The notes: generated by a model from the sequence alone, not told the origin. Positions 14,801-26,721 are shown, numbered from the stretch's first letter. The stretch: 64,000 nt of DNA from Anolis carolinensis (GCF_035594765.1 NC_085846.1:20385190-20449189), one strand, 5' to 3'. Made by a program: numbers and translations.

Positions 14801-16121
14801 TGTGTGTTTTATATTTTTCTTCCAGATTGATTCCCATTCCTCATATCTTATAGGCCTTCCTATGTCTTTGGACCATTGCACCATGCTTCCCTTAATTTGT
14901 TCTTCCTTGGTATTCCACTCCAAGAGTTTCTTATATATCTTTGTAATTAATTTGTTTTCAGACTCTAGAATTTTGTCCCATTCTGAGTCTTTCTTCATGA
15001 AGCCGTCTTGTTTATCCTTACTATATTCTTCCTTTATTTGCCTGTAGTGGATCCATGATAAGTGACCGAATGATTTCAATACTTCTTCTTGTGATTTTAG
15101 TACGTATTCATTTTCTTGAGTTGTGAGGACATCTCTGTATGTGGGCCAGTTTATGTTGCTTTGGATACTCTTCTGAGTTATTGCTAGTGGCGATAGCCAC
15201 ATTTGAGTTTTGGTGAACATTCTTATTTTATATTTCTCCCATATGTTGTTTAGTGAAGTTCTTATTATATGGTTTCTGAATATTTTCTTATCGTTTTTGT
15301 CTGCTTTGTGCCATATATATAAATGCCAGTCGGCTTTTAGGTCGAAACCTTCTAGATTTAAGATTTTCTTGTTCTTTAGAAATAGCCAATCTTTGATCCA
15401 AGTTAAGGCACAAGATTCGTAGACCTCACAATTTCTGAAGGCCCCGAAGGTGGGTCTGCGCCGGCCGGAAAGCCCAGCACGGGCACCGGGAGGCCCAGTG
15501 TGGCTACAGGAAGGCCCAAAAGAGAAGAAGGTGGAGAGTGGTGCCCTCTTCCCAGGACGATGGCGCCCCTGGGACGATGGCGCCACAGGCAAGTGCCTAG
15601 TTCGCCTTATGGTTGGACCGCCTCTGAATAGAAGTTTCTTGGTGATATTTGTTCAGAAGGGGTTTGCCTTTGCTTTCTTCTGAGGCTGAGAGAACCCAGT
15701 GGGTTTGCACATTTAAGCAGGGATTCAAATCCTGGTCTCCAGATTCATAATCCAAAACTCAAACTGTTACACCATGCTGGTCCTCTTTCTACTTCTGCTT
15801 CACAGATACAACTGTGGAGAGGCATAATGAGAGCACTGTCCCCAAATAAGAATTGTTTTCCCTCAAAAAAAGTTCAAATTTCTACAATTACCATAATTTA
15901 AAACTTCAGTAGAACACATAAAGGCAGAATGTGGGCATCTGAAGGAAAGGATGGGCAATGTGACCAAAGGAAATGGATCATAGAATCATAGAATAATAGA
16001 GTTGGAAGAGACCTCATGGGCCATCCAGTCCAACTCCCTGCCAAGTAGCAGGAAATCGTGTTCAAAGCGCGTTCTAGAAATGAATGAATTATCTAGAAAC
16101 TGAACCAAGGGGAGGGAGCTT

Positions 16122-16168
<47 letters not shown>

Positions 16169-18337
16169 TTATTCCTTTCCTTCCCGCTTTTACCCATGGG
16201 TGGGATTCAAAGTGGCATACAAAAGTTTAAAATACACAACTACATATACATCAATACGTAAAATACATAATCAACTAAAAACATCATACACCAATTTAGA
16301 AAGTAATCCAATCTGAACACTCCATATATAACAATTAATAACTTACAACAAATACCATGAAAGTTTCCCTAACCTCAGGCCACTGAGGTTATTTGTAAAA
16401 ATAAGTTATGCAGCTCCTAAGACATTCCATTTTCATAATGTCATGTCGCAGTTGCCAGGACCAACAAAACATTCAAAGGTAAATATTAACAGCAGTTCTC
16501 TGGCAGTGCCTATTATTGTTCATCTGGGAAGGCTAGCTCCACAGGAAAGTTTTAATTTCAGAAGGCCATTATTGAAAGGCCATTAAGGGGGAGCGCATGA
16601 TTGTACTTCTCTAGGAAGGGAATTTCAGAGCCACGGAGCCACCACTGAAAAGCCACCCCCCCCCCCTGTTCCCACCAACCATACCAACCGCACCTGTTAT
16701 TGTGGTGGAACTGAGAGAAGGGCCTCTCTAAGAGAAGGGCCTCATTTGGTGAGGCAAGATTCTTATTGGGAGATGTAATAGTGTGCCCCCTACAGCTATA
16801 CCCCTATGCTTCTCACACACCAATAATCAGAATGCCACAAAGATGTGGCAGTGTTTCAAAAGCCACATACCTCATATACATGTCCTACCTGTGGAATCTT
16901 ATAGATGCCTAAGAGAGTAGCCATATAGAGTGAAGTTTCTGAATCAAGTCCCCCAATGACAGCTATCATATTCTTCCTTGTGTCACATTTGTAGTTTGGT
17001 ACAATCCTTTTCAGACAAAAAAGAAGATTCAAGGTGGTCCGATAAGTCATCTTGACATTAAAATAACTGTCATGGATGTGGAATCCCAAAGTGATATTGG
17101 GTAAAATCCTAAGATTTTCATTCAGCTCTTTGACTGCAAACATGAAGGCCAAGACATGCTGGTAATTCTTCACCACTACTCTGAAATAAAAATAGAGGTA
17201 GTATTTTATGGATATTGTATCTAGTGTAATTAAGTTGTTCTGGTAGACTTCAGTGATTTACAATATAGTTTTCAATATCCAGTGATTTCAAAGCCCATGT
17301 CTATCCTGCCTACATATTAAGAACAAGATGAGGCAACAGGAAGTGAGAAAAATCTACCCCTCAGAAAGGAAATTCATGGGGAAATTCATGGGGAAAAGAT
17401 GTCTCCGCTGAAGCTTTATCACTGATCCTTATTTCCACAACAAGTTAATTTTTTTAAATCCAATGATCACAGGGACAGAAAGTGAGGTGAAATCTCCTGA
17501 ACAGGGGCACAGACAGCAAACAAACACCACAGGTGTGTTAACCCTTCCCTATGCTATGCAAAGCTAATATATTGTTACCAGTAATCAAACCTTATTAAGT
17601 TTGTCATTCAAAGATGCAAGAAAAAACAAAAGCAACAATGAGAAAGTGCCTACAAAGTAATAAAAGAATTGGTAAAAGAACAATTAACCGAATATAGTGA
17701 AAATGCGAAATAGCAATAATTGAGATCTACATTTAGTTACAATCTGTGCTGCAACAGAAATGGAACACATAGATCACAAAATACAGAAAAAACAAATAAG
17801 GGAAAATTATAAGCACCACAGCAGTAAGTGATATAATAGACAACTTTGTAGATCTAACGAGCAATCTTGATATAGGGTGGGATATAAATGTTTTAATAAA
17901 TCATAAAGAAGAATGGGAAAGCAAGAATTCAAAAACACACAACAGTATGCACATTGCATGTTCTGTAACAGACCAAACACATTTAGGTAATGCTAATATT
18001 AAAATATTAAGAAGATTTACTTTTTAACCCTGTTTTCTGCTTGTAAGAATTTTAGTAAGCTGCTCATCAACCTTTCACGGAAATAAAACATTCCTTACAT
18101 GGGATCTTCAATAAACATTGCATCAGGGTGCTCATTAAAGATTATTGTATCAAAGAAGGAGAAGAATTGAGATGAGATGCTACCAATGATGAGATCACCT
18201 TGCTGGTAGTATTCATGAGGTATCCGGAGAAGTTCTTGAAAACAGCAGGTAATAGGAAGTGCCTGGCATTCACTTTGGGGCAGAAGAAGAAAGCATAATA
18301 CCAGTAGCCATAGGAAGAGAAATATCATTGCAACCAT
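7789..18337 (-). CDS. vomeronasal type-2 receptor (V2R, class C GPCR); intact six-exon gene, 2643 nt / 880 aa
   Basis: Exons 18337-18099, 17180-16889, 13061-12222, 11085-10858, 10056-9930 and 8705-7789; all introns GT-AG with compatible phases (2,0,0,0,1); signal peptide, Venus-flytrap domain, 9-Cys domain and 7TM. Confidence 0.93.
8720..8790. repeat. (GGAA)n / (TTCC)n microsatellite next to the V2R exon 6 acceptor
   Basis: Direct reading of the sequence. Confidence 0.95.
9456..9684 (-). mobile_element. SINE with an L2-like tail (Anolis SINE2-like)
   Basis: (TTTA)n tail followed by ccgcccttctc...ggggactcagggcgg and a tRNA-like head at the right end. Confidence 0.6.
9930..10056 (-). CDS. V2R exon 5 (Cys-rich domain), 127 nt
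   Basis: [10 protein letters not shown]...[15 protein letters not shown]; acceptor ACAG and donor G|GTAAG. Confidence 0.93.
10858..11085 (-). CDS. V2R exon 4, 228 nt
   Basis: [16 protein letters not shown]...[21 protein letters not shown]; acceptor CTGTAG and donor CAG|GTAGG. Confidence 0.93.
11736..12168. mobile_element. Tc1/mariner-Tigger-like MITE containing (TA)n; an inverted partial copy lies at ~17335-17565
   Basis: Degenerate TIRs CAAGCAGTCCCTAAGTTACAAAC / GTTTGTATCTTGGGGTCTGCCT with TA flanks. Confidence 0.6.
12222..13061 (-). CDS. V2R exon 3, 840 nt
   Basis: [35 protein letters not shown] and [15 protein letters not shown]; acceptor TTACACAG and donor CAG|GTATG. Confidence 0.94.
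13292..15626. mobile_element. composite non-autonomous hAT element (carries mariner-MITE and Penelope pieces) interrupted by an L1
   Basis: Ends CAGAGCCGG.../...CCGCCTCTG with a perfect 8-bp TSD aatagaag (13284-13291, 15627-15634); 13370-13555 matches the MITE at 52997 in reverse. Confidence 0.8.
13911..15420 (-). mobile_element. 5'-truncated L1/Tx1-clade LINE (3' part of ORF2, frameshifted) in V2R intron 2
   Basis: Zn-knuckle CWKC...FYHMWWSC and YKMIYRWY; poly-A tail (T-run at 13911); 16-bp TSD agacctcaca(g/a)tttct at 13896-13911 and 15421-15436. Confidence 0.9.
15978..16075 (-). mobile_element. CR1 3'-end fragment
   Basis: (tcatagaa)n tail and gagttggaagagacctcatgggccatccagtccaac, the reverse of the CR1 tail at 62380-62445. 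Confidence 0.8.
16889..17180 (-). CDS. V2R exon 2, 292 nt
   Basis: [39 protein letters not shown] and IYKIPQ; acceptor TTTCAG and donor CAG|GTAGG. Confidence 0.94.
18099..18337 (-). CDS. V2R exon 1 (signal peptide), 239 nt
   Basis: Hydrophobic leader and [12 protein letters not shown]; donor AT|GTAAG is in phase with exon 2. Confidence 0.9.
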
Positions 18338-18932
18338 AGGGGTGAATCCTTCTCTCTCAAAGCAAAGCCCTCAGTGCCAAACTAATTTATTATCATCTAG
18401 TGGCGGTTTGTTTAGAATAGCCCAGTTCTAGCATCTCCTGGTCCTGCTAGGCAATGCTAACACAACACGGTTGGTAAAAACTAACTCAAACTGCCAGCTT
18501 GACCTTATCTACAGCCTATCCTTCTGAGCTTTGAAAGGCAGAAGGGCATATATTCTTCATGTTTATTTCTTATTTTGTTCATGCCTTATTTTGAGATTAG
18601 TAATTGAAAATCCATTCTATTTTTTGATGAGATAGAAGCTCGTAATAATTTTAGTTAATGACAGGCCTTAGAATTACCTCCCCAAAGTATTCAGTGGAAC
18701 AACTGAAAAAACATGTTGACTAGGTTTCATTTACATCTCTTCCAATGTGGAACGTGAAAGATACATAAGCATTATGGAATTATCTGGGGAGGAAATCAAG
18801 ATAGATATTGTTATTATGACAGTCCTTGAAAAGTTTCTGGAATACTTTGAGTGGTTTGGTACAGGTTTGTTTGTTTACTACACTATGTTGTATTTCTCTT
18901 GAACAAATGCATGACGAGGCTGAAAGATGAAT

Positions 18933-19016
18933 ACTCTGAAGATGCCGGCCACGGATGCAGGCGAAACATCAGGGAAGAATGCTACTGGAACATGGCTGAA
19001 AGGCTTCGACAACACA
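18933..19016 (+). ncRNA. Penelope-derived fragment with a minimal hammerhead ribozyme motif
   Basis: CTGAAGA (18936-18942), stem II GCCGGC/GCAGGC, GAAA (18963-18966) then C-ATC; homologous to the Penelope tail at 48099-48224. Confidence 0.65.
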
Positions 19017-19983
19017 ATACTTTATGTGTCCATGTCCTTGGAAAACTGCACCCTAGGTGTTTTCACTTAAAATCAGGAATGACCTTAATGCTTGGACAAA
19101 CTGGACAGTTTTCATCCAAACTTCAATCTGCTTCCCCTATTTGGCCTCAACACATGCATTCCTGTCAGAAATACTTTTCAAAATTTAAAAAGCATTAAAA
19201 AGGTTCCTTTTATTTTGTTCTCTGTGAATCAGAGTATACCACAGAGCAATGCATAGGAAGAAAGTAGACATACAGATTCCAGCTACATTGGGTCCACAAA
19301 CATTCACACACACATATATAGATTCACTCCTCGTGATGCATACATTACCATTTCTTCTTCCTTCTCTTGGAAAAGAGACCTCGCAGTAGGCCAGATTGTG
19401 TTACCAGCAAATCTGCCATTCTACAATATACCATCTCTCTCCGTACCTTGGAGAAGAGTGGTGGGTGGATCTGACTCCTCTGGTCTGACGCAATTTTGAA
19501 ATAGTGAAGTGTCTCTTATATAGCAATATTTCTGCTGATGTTGTTCTGAAAATTGTACATGAATGACAGATAGCTAAAACATTCTGACACCATCAGTTCC
19601 TGGACAGATGTTGGCTTTGCTTCCTTAAATGATAATTGGTTTTCCTCCTAAGGAGCATTATTTGACTTCTTTAACTGATGTTGGTTTTTCTTTTTAATGT
19701 AACAAACCATTGTAAACACTTATTTAACTTAAAAGAGTCATTGCCTTTGGTTAGCAATGGCTTTTAAGATCAACTCAGGGGGTTCTGTGGTTTTAAGTTT
19801 GAATATGCATTGAATATATTTGAATGGTTTTTAACTATGAATGTTTAAATATTGTTTATATTTAATTATGTTTTCATGTTTGTATATTTGAATATTTTAA
19901 ATTGTGTGCTAATACTTTTTTATTAAGTCGCTTTGAGTCCCCTTCAGGGGAGATAAAGTGGGGTATAAATAAACATAATAATA

Positions 19984-20455
19984 ACTAGCTGTACCCAATC
20001 ATGTGTTGCTGTGGCCCAGTCTGGTTCAATGAAAAAAACTCAGAAAAGAGTTCATCCTCCCACCCTGGACCTTCCACAGATATATAAAGAGAAGCCTCCC
20101 ACAGGATGGTAAAACATCTGGGTGTCCGCTTGGTAGCATCCTTGTTGCATGTAGTTTCTGAAATCACTTCTGACACACTTTCTGTGGCTAGGCCTCAAAG
20201 CCTCGACTTTGCGTAATTCCTCATGAATGGATGGGGCCTAGCCTCCCCTTGCGGCCCCGCCCACACCAGTTGCTAAAGGGTGGAGACTGCTTGGCAGTTG
20301 CTTGCACCGTTGCTAAGGGGAGGAGCTGTCCGTTATGACGGTTTCTAAGAGAGGAGGAGAATGCTTGGCCATATGTCATATTACATGACATTCCTGCACA
20401 GCAGGGATTGAACTGGATGGGCCTCTTCCAACTCTATTATGATTCTATGATTTTA
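19984..20455 (+). mobile_element. possible Helitron-like composite element with Penelope, GC-rich and CR1-tail pieces
   Basis: Starts ACTAGCTGT...GTTGCTGTGGC; 20045-20090 matches the Penelope-like piece at 13820-13865; degraded CR1 tail at 20390-20450. Confidence 0.35.
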
Positions 20456-21319
20456 TAAATGGTGCTCATATTCCTGAACTCCAGTAATGGGCTCCCATGT
20501 ACCTCCAGTGATCCTTTTTCCCCTGTCACTGTTGCAGTGACAATTTTTTTGTCATTTCATATTATGAAAAATGCCTAGGGTGACTAGACATTTGATGGAA
20601 ATATCTTCACTCTAGTCAATCCCCTTTAGCCAAAGACAGATTCCGTCATTGATTTCCTAGGTATTATGAAGGACCATCTCTCAGTAGAAAGGATTCATAG
20701 CTTTCATATCTGTTATTTTCCATAGGAAATGTAGGAAATTCCATGTGTAAATGCATATGTTTCACAGTGCTCTCTGACCAATGTAATGGTTCTCTTGTCA
20801 TCTTAGTCAGATGATCTTAGAGATCAAAGCTCAGATGACATGCTATACCTAAGGGATGAGTAACTGGTGGATTGTATATGGTCTGCCTTACACACTGATA
20901 AAAAATTGGACTTTATCAACATGTAAAAAAAAACTCTGAAAAAAATGAATTGCCAGGAAAGACCCCCATGTTTTTAGGTCTTTCTGAACCCAGTGTCCAC
21001 AAAAGCAAAGGGAAATTGCTTTTACAGATTCAGGGCACAAATTAGGAATTTCTAGGTACCCTAGGATCATTAAATAACCCTGGTATTTTAATGGCCCATA
21101 TGAACACTTGCCCTATCTCACAGGGAGGTCATGTATTTAGTCTTGACTTTTTGCATTATGATATATTGCCCAGATATAGGTACATAGATAGGTAGATGAA
21201 AGATATAATCTCTGAGAAAAATCCTAGACTAGAATTTACAAATGAGATTTTTTTTACACTCAGGAATAAGTGAGATGTATTCATTGTCTGATCTGCCTTG
21301 AAGAAGTGGATAAAACAAT

Positions 21320-21685
21320 ATCCCATGGGGAATGAGGCAAAATACAACACTGATTTCTGATCAGATGTGCTGGACTCATGGGATCAAAATCCTCTGAAAA
21401 GCCTTAAAAGAGGTTCCTTCCAGGCATGCTGCAATTATATGTAGCAAGTAATGCTCTCACTGACATTTTGTTCCTGTTTTCTTTACATATCAGGTGTTTC
21501 TACTGCATCTTTTGCAAAGGGTAATAATCAACAAAGCACCACATTTTTTCCTGATTATTGAATGATTTCAAATGGTGGGGACAGATTGGCTCACACCACA
21601 TTGTTATGAAAAGCGGCCAAGAATCTGCATCTTACAGTGCCTGGGAGGTGTGCAGTGATGAGCTGTTTAAAGTATTTGGGTAAGT
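21320..21685 (+). promoter_or_regulatory. putative promoter and 5'UTR exon(s) of OR 23187
   Basis: O/E-like TCCCATGGGG (21321) and ACTCATGGGA (21374); TATA-like CTTAAAA (~21403); acceptor at 21492-21493; donor GTAAGT at 21680; block conserved in paralogs. Confidence 0.45.
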
Positions 21686-22772
21686 GTAATTGATGCCTGC
21701 TTTTTTGCGAGAACTGTATTCCAAATTTCACTATCCTCTACCTACCTATCTTTCTACCTTAACTACCTACATATTCTAATATCTTTTTGATAGTTCTTAA
21801 ATGAGAAATTTGAATGTAAGAAGTTGTATACATCCAATGGTTTTGTATAGAAGCTGTAAAGTATACAGTAAAGCTGTTAAAATATTGGAAATCATTGTCA
21901 TTGACTTCTTGTTTATTTGCTGAAACTGTTGCCAACATTTCTGTGCATATGTGTTTGTTTGTCTGCTGCCTGCCTGCCTGTCTCATTTATCCCTCACATC
22001 ATTTTCAATAGTTCCCGAAATAGGAAAAGTAGAATGGACCAAATTCACTTTCTGTAGTTTTATATAGAATTAACTCTCACAGTCAAGGATAACAGTACAG
22101 TTTGAAATGGACATATATCTTCTCTAAGTAGTTTTAAAAAAAATGAACAATAAGAAGTTATAGCAATTTTCTTCCCACTTCAGGAAAATCCTGAAGGATG
22201 TATAAAGAAATAGACAAAAAGAAAAGGAAAGGGAAAGAAAAAGTCATGTAGCTAGTTGCACCTTTGAGACAAACAAAGTTATATTTTAAAATGAGTTTTT
22301 TCTCATATCAGTGCACTGATGACATGATATTGAAATTCTCAAAGCTCTGTGTGGTCTTTCAAGTATTTTGTAAAAGAGATAAATGCACTTTCCAAAGCTC
22401 AAATAGGCAGAGAAATGGAGATAACTAGATGCACAATCTCAGAACAATGTTTTATATGAGAAATTTCAATTATGAGGTATAGAGCTGTTCTGCAAAGGAT
22501 AATTGCAGGTCTACATCTAGGTCTAACATTGTGGATAAGTTCTGTAATGGCTAAAACAAACAACTGCCAAATCTTAAGAAGAGATTTAAGAGGTCTAAGA
22601 ATTGGGGATATGTTATGTACAGGGTGTCATTGGGATTGTTCTCATTGTGTTCCTCTTGCTAATGCTGTTTAGAAAAGATATAATAAGTCTATGCTGTAGA
22701 CATCTCTGAGGAAACAAATACAAATTTTCCTCTACTGATGTGGGAAAATAAGAGTTGTATATTCTTCAGTTT

Positions 22773-23091
22773 AGGAGCTCTGACGGCAAAGTGTGTTAAA
22801 GCACTGAGCTGCTGAACTTGCAGACCGAAAGGTCCCAGGTTCAAATCCTGGGAGCGGAGTGAGCACTCGCTGTTAGCTCCAGCTTCTGCCAACCTAGCAG
22901 TTCGAAAACATGCCAATGTGAGTAGATCAATAGGTACCGCTCCGTAATGGTGCTCCATGCAGTCATGCCGGCCACATGACCTTGGAGGTGTCTACGGACA
23001 ACGGCGGCTCTTCGGCTTAGAAATGGAGATGAGCACCAACCCCCAGAGTCAGACATGACTAGACTTAATATCAGGGGAAACCTTTACCTTT
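22773..23091 (+). mobile_element. Sauria SINE, full length
   Basis: Head ggagctctgacggc, tail acctttacctt; TSD tattcttcagttt (22760-22772, 23092-23104); empty site in the paralog at ~50320. Confidence 0.9.
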
Positions 23092-23186
23092 TATTCTTCA
23101 GTTTTATTAGACAGGCCTGGCTAAACTTAACTATATATCTACCAGCAGACTAAAAATTATTTGCTTTTTCTGTCTACAGGTATTAT

Positions 23187-24149
23187 ATGTGGATCGAAGG
23201 CAACATGTACAATCTCACCTCCATATCTGATTTTCTGCTGCTGGACTTCTCAAATATCAGAGGACTGCAGATCTTGCACTTCTTTGTGTTCCTAGTGCTG
23301 TTCCTGATCACAACAATTGGAAATCTTCTCATCATCATTGCAATTCTCACAGATTACCAGCTACACTCCCCCATGTACTTTTTTCTCTTCTGTTTGGCTC
23401 TGGTGGACCTTGGTTCAGTTTCTGTCATAATACCCAAATCTATGGCTATGTCCCTCATGAACGACAGGTCAATATCGTATTCTGGATGTATAACACAAGT
23501 TTTCTTTTCCTTTTTTTTTGGAACATCAGATTTTGTTCTCCTCAATATAATGGCACATGATCGCCATGTTGCAATCTGCAACCCACTCCATTACGAGAGA
23601 ATCATGAATAAGGCAGCCTGTGTTAAGATGTTAGCGATTGGGTTGATTATAAGTCTGATTCATGCCACATTGCACACCATTAGCACCTTTGTGAATACCT
23701 TCTGTTCTAATAATGTCAATCAGTTCTTCTGTGAAGTTCCACAATTATTAAAACTCTCATGTTCTGACCTATATCTAATTGAAGTAGGGCTTGTTGTTCT
23801 AAGCCTCATTATAGCATTAGGATGTTTTATCTTTATCATCATCACATATGTTCAGATCGTTGCTGCAGTGCTCAAAATCCCCTCTGTACATGGTCAGAAA
23901 AAAGCCCTCTCCACTTGTGTTCCCCACCTCACTGTTGTCTCTTTACTATTCATCACTGCAATGTTTTCTTATGCAAGGCCTCTTAGTGATATATCTTCCA
24001 GTCTAGATTTGAGTTTTGCTGTCATGTATTCCATAATTCCTCCCATGTCAAATCCATTCATTTATAGTATAAGAAACAAAGAGATCAAGAATGCTTTGAA
24101 GAAAGTGTTATATATGAAGCTCATTCCTGCAAAACCATCTTTAAGATAA
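23187..24149 (+). CDS. olfactory receptor, family 14-like, subtype A; intact (the ATG at 23205 is the start shared with the paralog)
   Basis: NLT, LHSPMYFFL, MAHDRHVAICNPLHY, NQFFCEVPQLLKLSCS, KALSTCVPHL and NPFIYSIRNKEIK; acceptor AG at 23178-23179. Confidence 0.93.
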   Translation: MWIEGNMYNLTSISDFLLLDFSNIRGLQILHFFVFLVLFLITTIGNLLIIIAILTDYQLHSPMYFFLFCLALVDLGSVSVIIPKSMAMSLMNDRSISYSGCITQVFFSFFFGTSDFVLLNIMAHDRHVAICNPLHYERIMNKAACVKMLAIGLIISLIHATLHTISTFVNTFCSNNVNQFFCEVPQLLKLSCSDLYLIEVGLVVLSLIIALGCFIFIIITYVQIVAAVLKIPSVHGQKKALSTCVPHLTVVSLLFITAMFSYARPLSDISSSLDLSFAVMYSIIPPMSNPFIYSIRNKEIKNALKKVLYMKLIPAKPSLR

Positions 24150-25182
24150 TTCTGTGACCATCAGTTTGTATGATCTTTCACATGTTAATGTTTCTCTCTT
24201 AATGAGTAACTCTACAATATAAAATTTTTATTTAAGCATACAAAGGCGTCTTGGGCGTTTCTCTTTGTTCCCTCTACTTTTTAATTTTTTCACTTATTCT
24301 GTCAGTTAAATCTGACACAAAAAAGTTGGAGTTTCACAGAACCAAACAGAAATCTGTCTCTTATGTATTTTGAGTATTTATGTTCCTCCCTTACTCCTTT
24401 CCCCATTGATTTGAGCCACTGTCTTTTGTCTATCTTTCTGTGTCTCTCCTTCGCTCTCTCTTCCTCTCATCCCTTCTGTTTCACCATGGGCTCCTTTGCC
24501 TTGCCTTGCTCTTCAGCGTCATCAACCTCATCATGTCCCGTTCAACATGGCGTCTTTGGAAAACAATTGTTCTACTCCGTCTCCATTGCCAGAGAACTGG
24601 AGAACTGCTGGACATATTAGAATTATGCAATAGATATCAACATCTATCACATGCATTATGTTGTAAAACAGAATCCAATGCTAATCAATTACTAGGCTTT
24701 GTAATCAAATCAAACTCAAACAGGGAAAAACTTATAATCTTTTGTTGGTTTACAATGATACCAGGAGGCTACAGGGTGTGAGAAAGCTCATAGATTCACA
24801 GAAAAGAGAGGAGTCAATTTTGCCAGCACTTTTTTCTCTTGTATCAAAATGAGTCAGAAAATCTTTAATAAAATCAAAATTCTACCAAATCAATAAGGTG
24901 TTTTTTTTATGTGACTGATCTGAATGAAGTACAGTACATTAAAAGTTTTCTCTGAAATGTGACAGAATTATTTTTGCAATAATGAGAGAAATTAAAAAGA
25001 GACCCTGGTTATATTCATTTACTGTACCTCTGGCAATCCTATACCTTTAATGCAGGGGTCCCCAAACTAAGGCCCGGGGGCCGGATGCGGCCCATCGAAG
25101 CCATTTATCCGGCCCCCACAGCACAAGCGCAGAAGGGGGTTGGGCTAAATGGCCCAAGGGGTTTCTTCTTCTCTTACAACCC

Positions 25183-25232
<50 letters not shown>

Positions 25233-26572
25233 GACACAACGACGTTGTATGACACAGCAAACAAGATAGATATGCTGGATTTCGTTTCACAAAATCACAA
25301 GTCGAACACTTCCCAAGTGTCTAGGACTGTGTGATGTATTTTCGGATGATGCGTGCAGATCCCAGTAAGGTGGCCTTTTGCAGTTGGCAGATCGTAATTT
25401 TGTCAATGTCTATTGTTTCCAAATGCCGGCTGAGATCTTTTGGCTCGGCACCCAGTGTGCCCATCACCACCGGGACCACCTGCACTGGTTTCTGCCAGAG
25501 TCTTTGAAGTTCAATCTTGAGGTCCTGATAGCGGCTGAGTTTTTCCTGTTGTTTTTCTTCAATGTGACTGTCACCTGGGATGGCAACATCAATGATCCAA
25601 ACCTTGTTCTTTTCCACAACTGTGATGTCTGGTGTGTTGTGTTCCAGAACTTTGTCAGTCTGGATTCGGAAGTCCCACAGTATCTTTGCGTGTTCATTTT
25701 CCACAACCTTTGCAGGTTTGTGATCCCACTAGTTCTTAACTGCAGGGAGGTGATACTTGAGGCATAGGTTCGAATGAATCATTTGGGCCACATAGTTGTG
25801 CCTCTGTTTGTAGTCTGTCTGTGCAATTTTCTTACAGCAGCTGAGGATATGATCAATGGTTTCATCGGTTTCCTTGCACAGTCTGCACTTTGGGTCATCA
25901 ACTGATTTTTTGATCTTGGCCTTGATTGCATTTGTTCTGATGGCTTGCTCCTGGGCTGCAAGGATCAGGCCTTCTGTCTCCTTCTTCAGGGTCCCATTCG
26001 TGAGCCAGAGCCAGGTCTTCTCCTTATCAGCTTTTCCTTCAATTTTGTCAAGGAACTTTCCATGCAGTGTTTTGTTGTGCCAGCTGTCAGCTCTAGTTTG
26101 TAGTGCGGTTTTCTTGTACTGGTTTTTTGTCTGCTGTGCTTTGAGGAGTTTCTGATTTTTGACTTCAATCAAAGCAGGTTCTTCACTTTGTTTTACATAT
26201 TCTGCCAGGGCATGTTCTTCTTCTTTGACTGCTTGTTTTACTTGCAAGAGTCCTCTGCCCCCTGATCTTCTAGGCAGATACAGCCGGTCAACATCACTGC
26301 GAGGGTGCAGTGAATGATGAATGGTCATGAGTTTTCTTGTTTTTCTGTCCAAATTGTCCAGTTCCGCCTGTGTCCAATTTATAATGCCAGCAGTATATCT
26401 TATGACAGGTATGGCCCAGGTGTTTATGGCCTTGATGGTGTTGCCTCCATTGAGCTTGCTTTTGAGAATTTTTCTGACCCTTTGTGTGTATTCTTTACTG
26501 ACCACAGTCTTCACATGTTCATGCTTGATGTTGTCCAGCTGTAATATGCCCAGATATTTATAGGCCTCTGGC
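25233..26572 (-). mobile_element. 5'-truncated R4/Dong-clade non-LTR retrotransposon inserted in (TAA)n
   Basis: End of RT (YKYLG), CCHC motif CRLC..ETIDHILSCC, RHN, and REL endonuclease PDI...IIDVAIP; one in-frame TAG at 25729-25731; (TAA)n on both sides. Confidence 0.9.
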
Positions 26573-26619
<47 letters not shown>

Positions 26620-26721
26620 GAGGCTGGGTGGCCATCTGTCAGGGATGCTTTGTTTGTGCTTTTGGTGCACAAAGGCAGAAGGAGTTGGACTCAATGGCCC
26701 AAGGGGTCTCTTCCAACCCTC

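Noticed and set aside
14729-15592. 287-aa ORF as a novel gene
   Set aside because: Chance fusion of hAT MITE sequence with a truncated L1 ORF2
22773-22860. tRNA-like A/B boxes
   Set aside because: SINE head, not a tRNA gene
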